Positions 1-12,792 of a DNA stretch of 64,000 bases are shown in pieces. The notes under the pieces were generated by a model that saw nothing but the letters and a program-made list of their open reading frames with translations, searched no databases and was not told the origin of the DNA. Origin of the DNA: Antedon mediterranea (taxonomy: Eukaryota > Animalia > Echinodermata); the NCBI RefSeq assembly GCF_964355755.1, contig NC_092677.1, positions 12,484,101 to 12,548,100 on the forward strand, read 5' to 3'. A program made the translations under genes and the position numbers. Numbering within the stretch: the first letter of the stretch is position 1; the number at the start of each line of letters is the position of its first letter.

Positions 1-105
1 GAAGGAGAACCTCGCTTAGATAAAATTGACGAATCACAGACAGACTCTCTTGCCAGTATCATATCGGTTCAAAAGGAATTTGAAAAGTTCTATTATGTTG
101 CTATG
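1..105 (+). CDS. PLEKHG4/4B-like RhoGEF, internal exon (5'-truncated by window), probably spectrin-repeat region
   Basis: Open frame EGEPRLDKIDESQTDSLASIISVQKEFEKFYYVAM ends at ATG|gtaag donor (phase 0) and joins the next exon in frame. Confidence 0.8.
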
Positions 106-878
106 GTAAGATTTCTATTTAAAACAATAAAAATAAAAATCCAATTGAGGGATTGTTTATTTTCATTTTTAAATTACAATTTATGATATGTTACTGTATA
201 ATTTTCAAATATTTGGAATCTAATAAGGTTAATATAAGTTATGAAAGAACTCACAAAAATAGAATTATTAGGCATTTATTTACCCAAGAGGTGACAAATA
301 AATAGTAAATTTTCTACCAAAGTAAAGAAAATAAAGAATTTCGAAACGACATCAAATGTAGATATAGGACTAAGGTTATTACAGTTTCACTCCCACTAAG
401 TTTATTGGAATGTTGATAATTTACAAAAACTGTGTTAAAACTTTTTATGAGGAATAGTTTTGAAGGAATTGTACTAGGAAATTCTGACAATTTTAAGTTA
501 TAACTGAGAGTTCTCGGCCGAGCTACTTTAGTTTTGTTCAAGATTTTGCCAAATGTGTTCTAAGAGGATTTTTTTGTTTGGAATTCGTATCACAATAAAG
601 TTAGCACATTTTTTTGTTCGGAATTTGTATCACAATAAAGTTTGTGGTGCGTAAGTGTTCTAGGCTTGTTTTTTTTTCATGGCTACGTCTATTTCTAGAT
701 TTTTAGGACAAAATATTGATTAAATGTGATTAATATCCTGATAGTCACAAGTGACACAAAAATATACAGGATGTGTGACATGTATATTTAGTTAACTAAA
801 AATCTAAATACTGATTATATCATTTTCAACAAATATTTTCAAGGGTTTTTCTTTTAAAAATAATTTTTTTTTTTCCAG

Positions 879-1073
879 AAACGAGGCAGTAAAGGTGAAG
901 AATTACTAGAAGAATCTGAATCCGTAATCACAATGAATCACGGTTCCGAGACAAACAATGTCCGCACTCTGGGCCGTGAATTACGGCAACAACTACGCTC
1001 GTTTATGACAAGATTGGAAGGAAAACGAGTAACTATAGATGATGCAGTAGAATTATACTCAATGTTAGATAAG
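879..1073 (+). CDS. PLEKHG4/4B-like RhoGEF exon (spectrin-like helical region)
   Basis: Poly-T tract + ccag acceptor; KRGSKGEELLEES...LYSMLDK; AAG|gtagg donor; 195 nt, phase 0/0. Confidence 0.85.
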
Positions 1074-4067
1074 GTAGGACAGGTTAATTTAAATATTTTT
1101 ATTTATTGCTTCTTGACATTTATGAATTTGGTGTAAAAGGATACAGGCTCCACTGTTAAAGAAATATAGACAAGTATGCAAGATAGGAAGAAATGAAGGT
1201 TCATCATTTTAGAGATATTTCATTGTTCTAAATTTATTTATTACATGGTTATGGTTGAGTTAAAGTAGAAATTGCTTTATGATCTTGATCTAAATTCAAA
1301 TTCAAATATTCTTTATTCATCCTCAATAGTGAAAATATACAACAACAATATATGAGAACATAAAAAGATGAAAAGGAAACACACTGAAACACTGCTTACT
1401 GCAGTTGTACTTGTAATGTAATAGATTAATGTTGGTTGGAAAGCATGAAGTGAGACGAACTTCAGCCTATCAAAATAACCTAATTAATACTAAAATTCTC
1501 CAGTAATTAGTGAATTATTTCATTTTTGTGAACAATTTTCTATGAAAGAGCATTGTCATAGAACACAGTGTGGGTTCTTATTATAGTGAAAATCCACCAA
1601 ACAATGTTTGTTAATCTGTTTACCTTGGACATGAACAAAACTTCACTTTATATATTTTCTGTCTTTGGGCAAATCTGGATTAAATGATTTAGTTACACAC
1701 TTCATGTTTTGTTTTACTGACTATAGTTTTGCTGAAACACTGTTTGTTTAGTAAAATGGAAGGATTTGTTTGTTAAATTCAAGTTTAAAACTAGGTATAA
1801 AATAAGATACCTCCAAGGTTGAACTATTGCACTTCGTAAGTCCATAGTCAGGATGTATATACAGAGGTTTATCTAGAAAAGGGAAAAAATCATCATGATC
1901 AGGTAGGCTAGTTAGGCTGGGTGCCCTTCCAAATTCTACCCAGCGAAACTGTTCAGTAGCCTACACGATTGTATGTTATTTTCATATACAAAAGTAAACA
2001 AAAAGTTCATTTGATTTTATTAGCATGGGCATTTTGCAATCGGTTGGTCATCTTTACCCCAAAGTTTACTTTAACAATGTATATAGATTCATAGGTGATA
2101 ATTTTATTCTGTCTTTGATGTGGTTTCGTTTAAGGAATGTATATATCATTTGTGTAGATTACTTGGGCTACTCAATTCAATAGGAATTCTTAATGATACA
2201 AATTACTCATTTTAGTACTCCTAAAAGATTAAGCCGCTAATTAAATGTTCGGTTTCCCATTTAGATGAGTTTTGTTAACGCTTTCTCTACAACGTTTTGT
2301 CGGACATACCTCAGGTCTCCTTTCAATACTTTGGGTTAATTTCTTAATAGGTACAAATTGGCTGTTGATTCCATTTAATCAAAGTGTTTATTGTTTAAAA
2401 GATTAGGCTAGATTAGACTGCTATCTTTGATGTTTTGTTCACATATTCTTTGTTGTTCCTGGAGGCCAGGGCTAGGCCTTTCATTAGGGGTCTGCAAGAT
2501 AAACGAAGCACTGTGGACAGTGATTGTCGGTATCTTTAATCCCATGCCTTCACATTTAAGCCACAGGGGTTCTACAAACGGCTAATGATAATGGTGTTTT
2601 ACCAAACTAAACAATCTTTTGTCTTATGTAGGTCTCCTTTATAGTCTGTATATATTGACGGTTCGTAAGGGCTCAAATAAAGACATTGTGATGGAATGTT
2701 TAGAATGTGGAGCCATTCTTATATTGTTTACTATTTTGCAAGTAACAGTTTCAATTTAAATTCAGTTTACATCAGAACATCGTGGAGGAATGAAATATAG
2801 ACTTTAAAGAGGTGTATGTTTTGTTTACAGTGTTATTATGTGCGGATTTCTTTTGTCTTGATGTTATCTGTTAGGAATCAGGTAATTTTATGTTTGATAG
2901 TTTATATCAGAAAATCTTTAATGTATTAATGAAAACAATTTTTTAGGTACCACACATTTTTGTTCAAATAATTTTGACAAGCCAAAACTTTTGTAAAATT
3001 TTTTTAGAATATAATAAATGAATGATATTTAATATTAATGTACTTAGTTGCTTCTAGTGTTCTTAAGAAAAACTGGAATATTTCTTTAGTTCATTCTGAT
3101 AATGATTAATCGTTCTAATTTATTCGATACCAGCATGTTTCAGTTAAAAAGGGTTTTAGCCCCATTGCTTTGTTTCTTTGATCTTTGTAAGGGGGATTAG
3201 CTGATTGTGGGAGGAGTAAATAAATCATGTTTTCCGCACTTGACAGTGGTAAATAAAGGAGGTAAGATCAAAGGAATGTACACTATACAAGGTGAGATAA
3301 TGCTGAATTAACAGCAGCTGGTGGTAGAGACTCTAGGCATTGCTTAATTGCTGGTAATGTATTCTTAAGTATTTCATGGGTAGACACGGAGGATGGTTAA
3401 CATGTTATAAGGTTCTCTTCTATGTTATTATTAGATATAATTAAATATTAAGACAATTTAGTAAGTATTATATAATATTTCTTGTTTGATATTGTAGTTA
3501 GCCATTGGCTAATAATAATTATGACATTGTAGGAGCTGTAGATTGAAATGTCAAATTCTTAAAATGTCCTCTTTTGTGGAGTTGCACTATTTTATGTGAA
3601 ATTATTCAGTGGAGTAGTAAGTATGGCTATTCATAGAAAATATCATTTTCTATTATATCCAAGGAAACTCGGAAAATCGTTTATATTAGTATAAAGATGT
3701 CAACATATTATTTTTCTTTTATTATTTTTATATATTTTTGTTAGAAATTTGTATTATAGGTAAACAATAATTGATTTGGCTCTAGACTTGAAAGTAATTA
3801 TGTGTATATTCAGGGAAGTCTCCCTTCAAATAAGATGACATCTAGAACATGTGCTAATTAGAATCTTATCTAATTAGGACATGGAGGAATTATTAGGGTT
3901 AATAGTTGATATTACGTGGACCATTGATGATTACTTTTTTTAATTGGAGTCAGGCGTAACTTTTATTTTAATCTTTTATATTTACTGGTTTAGTGTAGTA
4001 CTGTTAAATAGCTTTATTTAACTATACTATTTATGAAATATTTTATTTATAATTTCACATTTTTTTT

Positions 4068-4178
4068 GAAAAAAACAATGTGATGTGATCACTACCATAT
4101 TAATTTGAGTATATCACTATCATATTTGGGCACATCACACTTTTTTTGTCAAACTAGTTTGATAGTGTAGACAGATCT
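4068..4178. mobile_element. Partial copy of MITE family (TGTCTACACTATCAAACT TIR)
   Basis: Shares atcactaccatat/ttgggcacatca core and agtttgatagtgtagacag end with copies at 14521 and 44118. Confidence 0.7.
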
Positions 4179-4502
4179 AGTCTAGCCAGCGGCAAGATTG
4201 ATGATGTAGCTCTAAAAGGGGTCAACCAGTTGCTGATAGAGGGCAGCCTATGTAATCATGTTGATTTATGAGTTTCATAAAGTTGTGTATTTTACATTTA
4301 TGAACACTTCAAAAAAATGTAATTACTGTATTATGATGATTGATCTCAAATAAATTTTTCTTTTTTAATATAATCTTTCTTCTTTTTTTTCCAAAAAATA
4401 TCAAGTTTGCAACAATTACCAATTTTTGAATGTTAAATTTTACTATAATTTATTTTTGATTTTTTAAATTAATTAAAATTAAAAATTTCTTTTTTTTTGC
4501 AG

Positions 4503-5342
4503 TCTTATGAATGGGCCCTAGGAGGAATGAAATTTGTTGCTATGCTTGGTATTGAAGAAATTAACTCATGTGATAAATGCATAGGACAGGAGAAAAAAAT
4601 AGATGATTATTTAGAGAAACACCCACCAATCACAGAAGAGCAATTTGAAAAAATGCGTGAATTATCAAAACGTCTGCGAAAACAGAAGTGTCTTCAACAA
4701 TGCGAGTTTGCAGAAAAACGCTGCAGTGAATCGAACTCATTAATACATAAAAAACTGTTGCATCTGCAAGAAGCAAAGGAGAAATTAAAATTGAAGGAAA
4801 ATGAAAAATATGCTTTGGAAAAAAGGACACAAAGACAGCAGGAAACTATCCCTGCGGAGAAATCGGTACGGTTTAACAGGAATGAGGAATCTGAGGTAAA
4901 TAGTGGGAATAGTAGCGATGGAGAATTATTTCGAAGGACTCAAATTAAACCAACCACTACACCTCCTAAACACAGAGACTCGTTTCATAGTAATGTATCG
5001 GAAGATTCAGGCATATCTATAGGAGATAAAAATATCGATAGGACTCTTAATATTACGCAAGAGAGAAACGATGAATCAATTAATAAAACCGCCATTGAAA
5101 CGCAAAGCCCGTCTATGTCCGGGCAGACGATCGAGGAAGAAAAAGTTGAAACGACTTCAGATGTTAAAGTCGATGAAGGTTATGTGGAGAAAGACACGGA
5201 GGAAGAAGTTGAAGAGACTAAATCAGATAGTTCTAGGAGTCGAAAGAGTGGGGTACATGAGATGGCTACGGAATCCAGTTCATCAAAGGATGGCAGCGAT
5301 AGAATCGCAGAAGTAGAAGAGGAGGAAGAAATAAGTATACCA
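4503..5342 (+). CDS. PLEKHG4/4B-like RhoGEF large exon (helical region plus acidic low-complexity linker)
   Basis: tttttgcag acceptor; SYEWALGGMKF...EEEEISIP; CCA|gtaagt donor; 840 nt, phase 0/0. Confidence 0.85.
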
Positions 5343-5585
5343 GTAAGTTGGTGGTTGACTTGCTTGCTTACTAATTCTAGGGTGCTGGGTTCAAATCTTG
5401 GCTCTTACTCAATATTATAGTCATAAATAGTGCCACCACCTAAACCTCACCTGCAGCAAGAAAGCCTGCGTATATTTCCTCAATTAAATTTGAATGTATT
5501 CGTGTATAATCATCCTTTAGGATACTGCTATTTAAGGGACACTTTATCAAAAAAAAAGGTTAATAATTTACTCTTTATTTTACAG

Positions 5586-5780
5586 GAGCAACAGTGGAAA
5601 CCGCATACAGCTAACCGCCATCTAAGAAATTCTGTAGTAGAAAGTCCTTTGAAATCCGTTCGGTTAAAGTCGCAGCTGAGTGATGGCAACTTCTACGAAG
5701 GAAAGAAGATGTTGATGATCATTGACGAGATCATACAGACAGAAGAGGACTATGTGATGGCTCTAAAATACATTATGCAG
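5586..5780 (+). CDS. RhoGEF exon, start of DH domain
   Basis: tttacag acceptor; DH CR1 motif IIDEIIQTEEDYVMALKYI; CAG|gtgaat donor. Confidence 0.92.
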
Positions 5781-6270
5781 GTGAATATTATGAATATTCA
5801 TAATAATATGAATATTCATATATAAGATATAAATATTCATATATACATTTACAAAATATAGCTCATTTATATTTATAATTCATTTGAACTAAAATGGTAT
5901 AAAATGTTCAATGTAATATTATGTTTACATTGTTAAATAAACTCTATTATTTATTTAATTTATGTTAATGTAAATGAACATATTTATAATTTCTGGCGTC
6001 ACAGTGTCTGCAAATCTGCGTAATTAAACTATATATATGTAGACAGTGTAAATTAAGCATAGAACTATGGTATAGCTACTGTTTATTTACACCTATAAAC
6101 ACAGATATAAATACTGTAGTAGTAGATATGGGAGTAGATAGACTATTACTGATAAAATGCATTAGTAAATATTGATACTCTGAAGTACACTGCAAGATTT
6201 TATGATGGTAATCTTCACCCATGCCTCCACCATAAGAAAATAAAAAGTTTATTTATAATTCTTGTTGTAG

Positions 6271-6444
6271 AATTATTTCCCTGAAATGGACCGTGATGAC
6301 GTGCCTCAAGGCCTGAGGGGTCAAAGGACAATGGTGTTTGGGAACATCGAGAAAATCTACGATTTCCATCAACATTCGTTCTTAAATGACCTCGTGACCT
6401 GCGAGGCTGCTCCAATGGATCTGTGTCAATGTTTCCTTCGTCAT
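6271..6444 (+). CDS. RhoGEF exon, DH domain
   Basis: NYFPEMDRDDVPQGLRGQRTMVFGNIEKIYDFHQHSFLNDL; gtag acceptor and CAT|gtaagt donor. Confidence 0.95.
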
Positions 6445-6953
6445 GTAAGTCAAAATGAGATTGTATAGTTGCAAATTAATGAGATATCTTTAAAGTGAAA
6501 CAATTTTTTCCTGTCAGTAAGCTATAAAACAGATTGGTAGAATGGTATATTGTTTATGTTATACCAGGTTTAGGTTTGTGCTATACTAATAAATACAGTG
6601 CAAGGATTTTTTCAGCAGTAAACAGTACAATATAATAATATTTATAGGTCAAATGTCAGTAACCATGGAAACAAGTGTAAATATTTTATAGCTACTAGGA
6701 AATCGATAATAAAAATATAATTACATAATGAAAATTAATTATTTTTATATTCAATAATAAGAAATAAGCAAAATGTTGGATGACTAATGGATAGCCTATC
6801 GTATTAACTACGGCTTGTTAATGAGATTCTTCATAATTTAAAGGGATGTGAGTCACTTAAAACTAAAAAATATTCCTAATTTCTGAGTATCATCCCTGTG
6901 TTAATGGCGTTATCATTTAATAATCTTATTATGAACTCATTTCCTTTTTACAG

Positions 6954-7040
6954 ACCAAAGATTTTGGATTGTATGCTTTGTACAACAAGAATAAACCACG
7001 ATCAGATGAGTTATTAGCAGAATATGGTTCTTTCTTCAAG
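6954..7040 (+). CDS. RhoGEF exon, DH domain
   Basis: TKDFGLYALYNKNKPRSDELLAEYGSFFK; tacag acceptor, AAG|gtgtgt donor; 87 nt. Confidence 0.93.
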
Positions 7041-7704
7041 GTGTGTATGCAAATTAGTTAATTTACATAAACAGTTTTCCCACCTGTGTTTAGCAAAACT
7101 TGATCATTTTAAATATTAATAGGTAGAATATACATCAATGATGATTTAAACAATTTTAAATTACATGATGACACGTCATTCAAGATGTGTATGCAAATTA
7201 ATTCATTTACATAAATGCTTTTTGCACCTGTGTTTGCAAATTCATTATTAATGTGTACATGTATTTATAATACATCAGCGTTGTTTTACAAAATTATACA
7301 TGTCATAATTGTGCGTGGTATTGTACAAACATCGTTGTATGTTTCTATCCATCATAAAAGATATTTTTATCATAATTGTATACAATATCAGTCAATAAAT
7401 ATTTACCAAGGGATTTAGTAGAAGCTATAAATAGACTCGCCCCTGGATCAATTCAGTTCTGACAAGCATTTGACTTTCATCTTATCCTGTCTGCTGCCCT
7501 CTATTTTATGAATTTTGAAACAGGTTAATGTAGAACCTTATAATTTTGCATAAAAATTACTTAAAAATTTGAATCAGAACACAAAATGATAAAACATTAA
7601 ACCACCAATAGCTGTTTCACAAATTAATTATTTTTTCATACATAAATTAATAAATAAAGTTTAATAATGTTATGATTCATGTTGCTTACTTTTATTGTTT
7701 TTAG

Positions 7705-7851
7705 ACAAAACAACATGAACTTGGTGATAAGATGGACGTAGCAAGTTACTTGTTAAAGCCGGTCCAGCGCATGGGCAAATATGCTCTGCTACTGAGAGAT
7801 TTGATAAAGGAGTGCGGAGAAAGCAATCAAGAACTACTCGCCTACCTCAAG
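7705..7851 (+). CDS. RhoGEF exon, DH domain CR3
   Basis: LGDKMDVASYLLKPVQRMGKYALLLRDL is characteristic of the PLEKHG4/4B subfamily; canonical splice sites. Confidence 0.95.
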
Positions 7852-8132
7852 GTAAATATTGCTCTTGCCCCAAAATGGATCCACCTACGATAATGACATT
7901 ATTATTATAATATTCCACATTTCTCCAGATATTATATATTATACAACATATAATTGTCTGATTCATTATTATCAAAACAACATCATAATTAATATCATTT
8001 CAATATTGTCATTATCATCAATGTTATCATTATCATCAATGTTATCAACATGTTGAAATGCAAAATGAGTATAACAAAATTACATTTCTTGAGATAGATT
8101 ATGATTTATATTAAAAACTTTTTTATTTACAG

Positions 8133-8210
8133 ACAACCGAATCAATGGTGAAATTCCAGCTTCGTCATGGCAATGATTTGCTGGCAATGGACGCCATCAG
8201 AGATTCAGAC
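8133..8210 (+). CDS. RhoGEF exon, end of DH domain
   Basis: TTESMVKFQLRHGNDLLAMDAIRDSD matches the PLEKHG4-family FQLRHGNDLLAMDAI motif; GAC|gtaagt donor. Confidence 0.95.
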
Positions 8211-9121
8211 GTAAGTGGATTTAAGTAATAAACATTACACTTATTAAATGAACATTAAAAAAACATAAGGTAATAGGCAACTGAAGGACAAATAGATTGA
8301 TAAGAAACTCGTACATCTCTCACATAATCTCCTTGTAAAAATTTCTTTTTAATCGAAGTAGCACTAAGAGTATGTGTATTGTTTGCGCGAGTATCTCGTC
8401 CCTAAGGAGTTGGTATGCTCAAAGTAACGCATTAACATTTACGACAGTTAATGCAGCTGATTGAATGTGTCAAACAATGACTCAGACAAAACATGAGCTG
8501 AAACTCTTCATTGCCGTCAATCCTGATATCACTCCAGGGTCTGCGCACAGCATGATGCCGGCAACAGGTTGCGAGAAATAAAGCGTAGATATTAATAAGA
8601 TAACAGCGATTCTTATCTCAGGACGTGATGTTTATCACAGTCTCAGCTGTTTATGTTCGTCCAACGAACGTAGCTCTCGCGGGAGATGACACGCCGAAGC
8701 ATAGGCCCTCTTAAGATCGCTGCCAAGGAAGCCAAGATTTCCTGTTGTTCGTTGACCGTTCCCTTGGTAACTCGGCTAATTAGCTAACAACATGTGCATT
8801 ATAATTGATTACTCGTTAACAAGCAAGTCTATAATATAATTCTATAAAATTAATTTTTATATTTCATTATCAGTACCAACAGTTACAATTAATTCACCAT
8901 TTCAAAGATGTATTTCTACCCAAAAATAATATTTAATAATTCAAAATTAAAAAATGTTGTGAGAAATTTATGACTATCAAACCAATTCTCTAAAAAATAT
9001 CATAACCTTTGTTGTTTTATGTCATACATACAACAAAACTTCTCCTTTGATACACCCCTAACCAAGAGTTAATAATAATTATCCAATGTTTTACAAATTC
9101 TATAAAATATTATTTTAATAG

Positions 9122-9292
9122 ATTACACTACATGAACAAGGCCAGTTGATACGACAAGAAGAGTTTCTCGTTTACCGAGGCAAGAAAAAGTGTTGGCGCC
9201 ACATCTTTTTGTTTGAGGACACGGTAGTATTCACGAAAACGCGTCAAGCTGGTAAAGGACATGATCATTACCAATACAAGTCCAGTCTCAAG
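9122..9292 (+). CDS. RhoGEF exon, PH domain N-half
   Basis: ITLHEQGQLIRQEEFLVYRGKKKCWRHIFLFEDTVVFTK...YQYKSSLK; AAG|gtattg donor. Confidence 0.93.
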
Positions 9293-9394
9293 GTATTGTG
9301 TGTGTTTGTTTTTTTTTATGGCCAACTATTCAGGGTGTTACGTACTGTCAACGTTCACCCCTTTAGTGGTTCTTTAAACTTAAGACTACTGTAT

Positions 9395-9550
9395 TGAGTG
9401 AGTCAAAAGGCCAAGCGGTTAAGTTCCTATAAACCATAGGTCCAGTGTAAACAGTTATAACCAGTGTGCACCTTAAAAGAACCCTGTTTATCATTTGAGA
9501 CAAGTAGAGGTTTACCCCAGTAAACTGGTTTACAAAATAGCCACTGTATC
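9395..9550 (+). mobile_element. Degenerate tRNA-derived SINE copy (Deu/Nin-like domain)
   Basis: ctataaaccataggtccagtgta...aaagaacc...ttaccccag...agccactg is collinear with the reverse complement of 30500-30788. Confidence 0.7.
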
Positions 9551-10403
9551 AGGAAGATTATCACCTATCTGATACGTTGTCTTTTTGTTTCTGTAAGTAG
9601 GTGCCATAGGTGGCTGGTGCTTGCCCAATTTAGTTCTGCGTTCAAATTCTGTCTTATGTTCAAGGACAACACTGGATATTTTATTTATTTTTTTCATATC
9701 CTGTGATTGCTGATTAATTTTATTGTTCGATTTGTGCTTACATAATGAAAACCACTAATAAGACAACCCTTTGTTTCCTGTCAAGCAAACTAGACGCATG
9801 TGTGCAACTTATTTGTGCAGCTGTGCTCCATACGGATTATCCTGTAAAATAACCAAACTTACGCTATGCGGAATAGTTTCAAACATGTATATGTTGTTGC
9901 TACCATCAATCTCATTACAATGCTATCTTGACAAGATCTCTACACACTACTTAGGCGGCAGATGTTTTTGGGACCTATGTGAACTTTATAGCCCTTTGAA
10001 GCCCCTCTCTTCTGACCAGTATAAAAACCCTATTTCCTACACATTTGTCATTTAAAGGAAATATTGATCTTCATCACAACAACTGTTTTAATACATGTTT
10101 ATCTTTTTATTTTTCCCAAAAAGGGGGTGTAAAAAAACAATATAAGAACATTTACGACAAATAATAATCGATTCTTCCTTTGAATTAAAATGTGTATCCT
10201 CTGATATCATCCTAAAAAGTTACAAGAAATTTGGGGTTTCTGGTTTTAAATGTAACAAGTGAAAACAAAATATTGATTATATTTAAGATTAAGTTAAGTG
10301 AAATGGTATACAGTGAATGTAGTTGAATCCGCAAAAATAAGACTTATTTTGACGACTTATCTTTCTGAAAATAACAAAATTTAAATATTTTTTTATTCTA
10401 CAG

Positions 10404-10584
10404 ACCAACGACATTGGAATTACCGAAAGCGTTGGTGAAAGCGGCCTCAAGTTTGAAATCTGGTTCAGACGAATGAAACACAAAGACAAACGCTACACTC
10501 TACATGCGCCCTCTGTCAACGTAAAGAAAGAATGGGTTGATGAAATTACACAGTTGCTATGGAGACAGGCAGTAAAGAGTAAAG
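10404..10584 (+). CDS. RhoGEF exon, PH domain C-half
   Basis: TNDIGITESVGESGLKFEIWFRR...KKEWVDEITQLLWRQAVKSK; AAAG|gtagag donor, phase 1. Confidence 0.92.
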
Positions 10585-12325
10585 GTAGAGTCAAATCAAA
10601 ATTGTTTTTTGTAAATTTTTTTTTTTTTTTAATATATATTTTATTGTTTTGTTTTTCTTTTATTTTTCGCCATTTACATCATTATTATCTGTGCTTTATC
10701 TGTTCAATCGTAGATTTTAAAATTATAATTGAATGTCAGAGAATTTTTATTGTGATTGATATCACTTCAATTTGACACTGATACAAATTTTATTAAAAGT
10801 TTTGATCCAATTTAAAATTTAATATCTGTCATGGATATATAGCAAGGGGTAAAGAATTAAAATCGGTTGACAGACATCCAAACCAATTCTATTCTTTAAT
10901 TGGCTAAAATAAAAATCATAGAATATATGACACATTGTACATTCATCTATGTGTTTTTTTTTCTTGCTTCCTTTATATTCTCTAGTGTTTTCGCTTTCCT
11001 GTTTATTCCTTGTCTCTCAAACAAGTTTTCATTTCCCGAATGCTGGTCCATGTTTTAATTAATTTGATTATGTTACATTATATTTGATGACTTTGGTATG
11101 ATAGTAGTCGCATGTTCTTTTCCCGCGGGATCAACGAGATAGTCTGTGTCGTATCGTCAACATCGGATTTTGTCGTTATTTTCAGTTCTAATTTAGGAAA
11201 CACTTGAAAACATCGGCCACCTTCTGTTCTTTTCAAAGTATTTTTAGTTAGCGAGTTCCTTTATTTCATTTAAGTTCAATAAACAGGTAATTGAAGACAA
11301 TAGGAGCATTGGCTAGGTACAGGATGTTACTGCTAAATGGCAATATTCTTTTTTAGAGCCAAAAAGTATGTTCTTAACTATATTTCTTATTTGAAAAACA
11401 TTGTTATGAATATGAATTTATTATTTTACTATATATTACTACATTACTATATAGTATCACCTTAATATATCCTCTGAATATGGGTTGGCTGTAGTGTTAA
11501 AACATATATTTCATCTTGTCTCTTTAATAGGGGTATAACAAAGGTAAATTGATTTAGTTTGTTAAAGTTTTAATTATTATTGATCTCAGTGGTACAGTGC
11601 ATTTCTTATGCAATGTATGTCACCGGTTCGAGTTGTCACGACCTTCTCCATTATATGGTCACTCAGGATATGAAATTAGTAAATTCATTTTAGTAAAAGT
11701 ATTATTTCTTAATTGAATTCTTTCTATGAGTGGTTTTATAAATGAGAAAAAGCTGTGATTATGTAGGACTTTTCGATTGGTCACTTCTTGTCTCAGGTGG
11801 TATCTGACATTGACATCAGTCTGGTCTGTATTCTCTCAGCTCAGAAACATTATTCATTAGACATAATAACTATTTCCTTTGCTGAGTCACCAACAAACAA
11901 TTACCAACTCCCCGAGTCCCAGCGAAGGAACATGGTTATACGTTTCTCAATGAGTCGGACCCGGTTCGTTAATAGCGGCGTACTTGTCAAATGGCCTTGT
12001 ATTCTTGACCTTATTTTGAAAGCCGTTGATGGAATTCTTACATGACTGTTATTATAATCGTAGAAAGTTACCAAGATTGTTCTGACAATAGCAAAACTTT
12101 CACAGAATAAAACACATACATATTCCTTAAACTTAAATTTGTCATTCGCTAAATTCACTCGTTATTCATAAATATATTCATCATAATTATTATTGACACA
12201 AATGCATTTTTCTGCAGTAGTAGTTATTATAGTTTGACCAATTCTTAATTTTTTGTTGAACAATGTAAGTTATCGCAAGCTGACTTTATTGCTAAACACA
12301 TTCTTTTAATTCTTTATGTTTACAG

Positions 12326-12792
12326 AGTCACGCCTTTCTGAACTGTCGTACATGGGTATTGGCAGCAAACCATGCATTGACATTAAACCGAATGAAGACC
12401 AGATAAACGACCGTGCAATTGAATTTAAAAACCGAGGTATACGTTCAAGAAATTCCATCTCAGTGGCTTCGTTCGATCATCATCAGGTATCAGGACATCA
12501 ACGACCGTTTTCTGTTTTATCAAATGAAAGCAGTAGTTCAAGCACAACAAACAGCAGTTCCATGATAAGCTCATTGATGTTAGAGACTCATTACGAGAGC
12601 GTTGCAGAGATCTCCGATTTTCCAAGTCTTGTTAAATGCCATCCAAACCAACCAGCACATACTGTTGGGTCATCACTGACAAAGAGCAGCTCAGATGAGA
12701 GTATGTTTGGCAATCGTCGTGGTGATGACTCCATTTCAAGCAGTTCATCTGTTGCCAGTAGCAACTCATCACATGTTTCAAGAAAATTGTGA
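12326..12792 (+). CDS. RhoGEF last coding exon (Ser-rich C-terminal tail)
   Basis: tttacag acceptor, phase 1 compatible; ESRLSELSYMGIGSKPCIDIKPNEDQINDRAI resembles the post-PH motif of the PLEKHG4 family; TGA at 12790-12792. Confidence 0.85.

Noticed and set aside
569-642. ~40-bp tandem duplication in an intron
   Set aside because: Real but trivial local duplication
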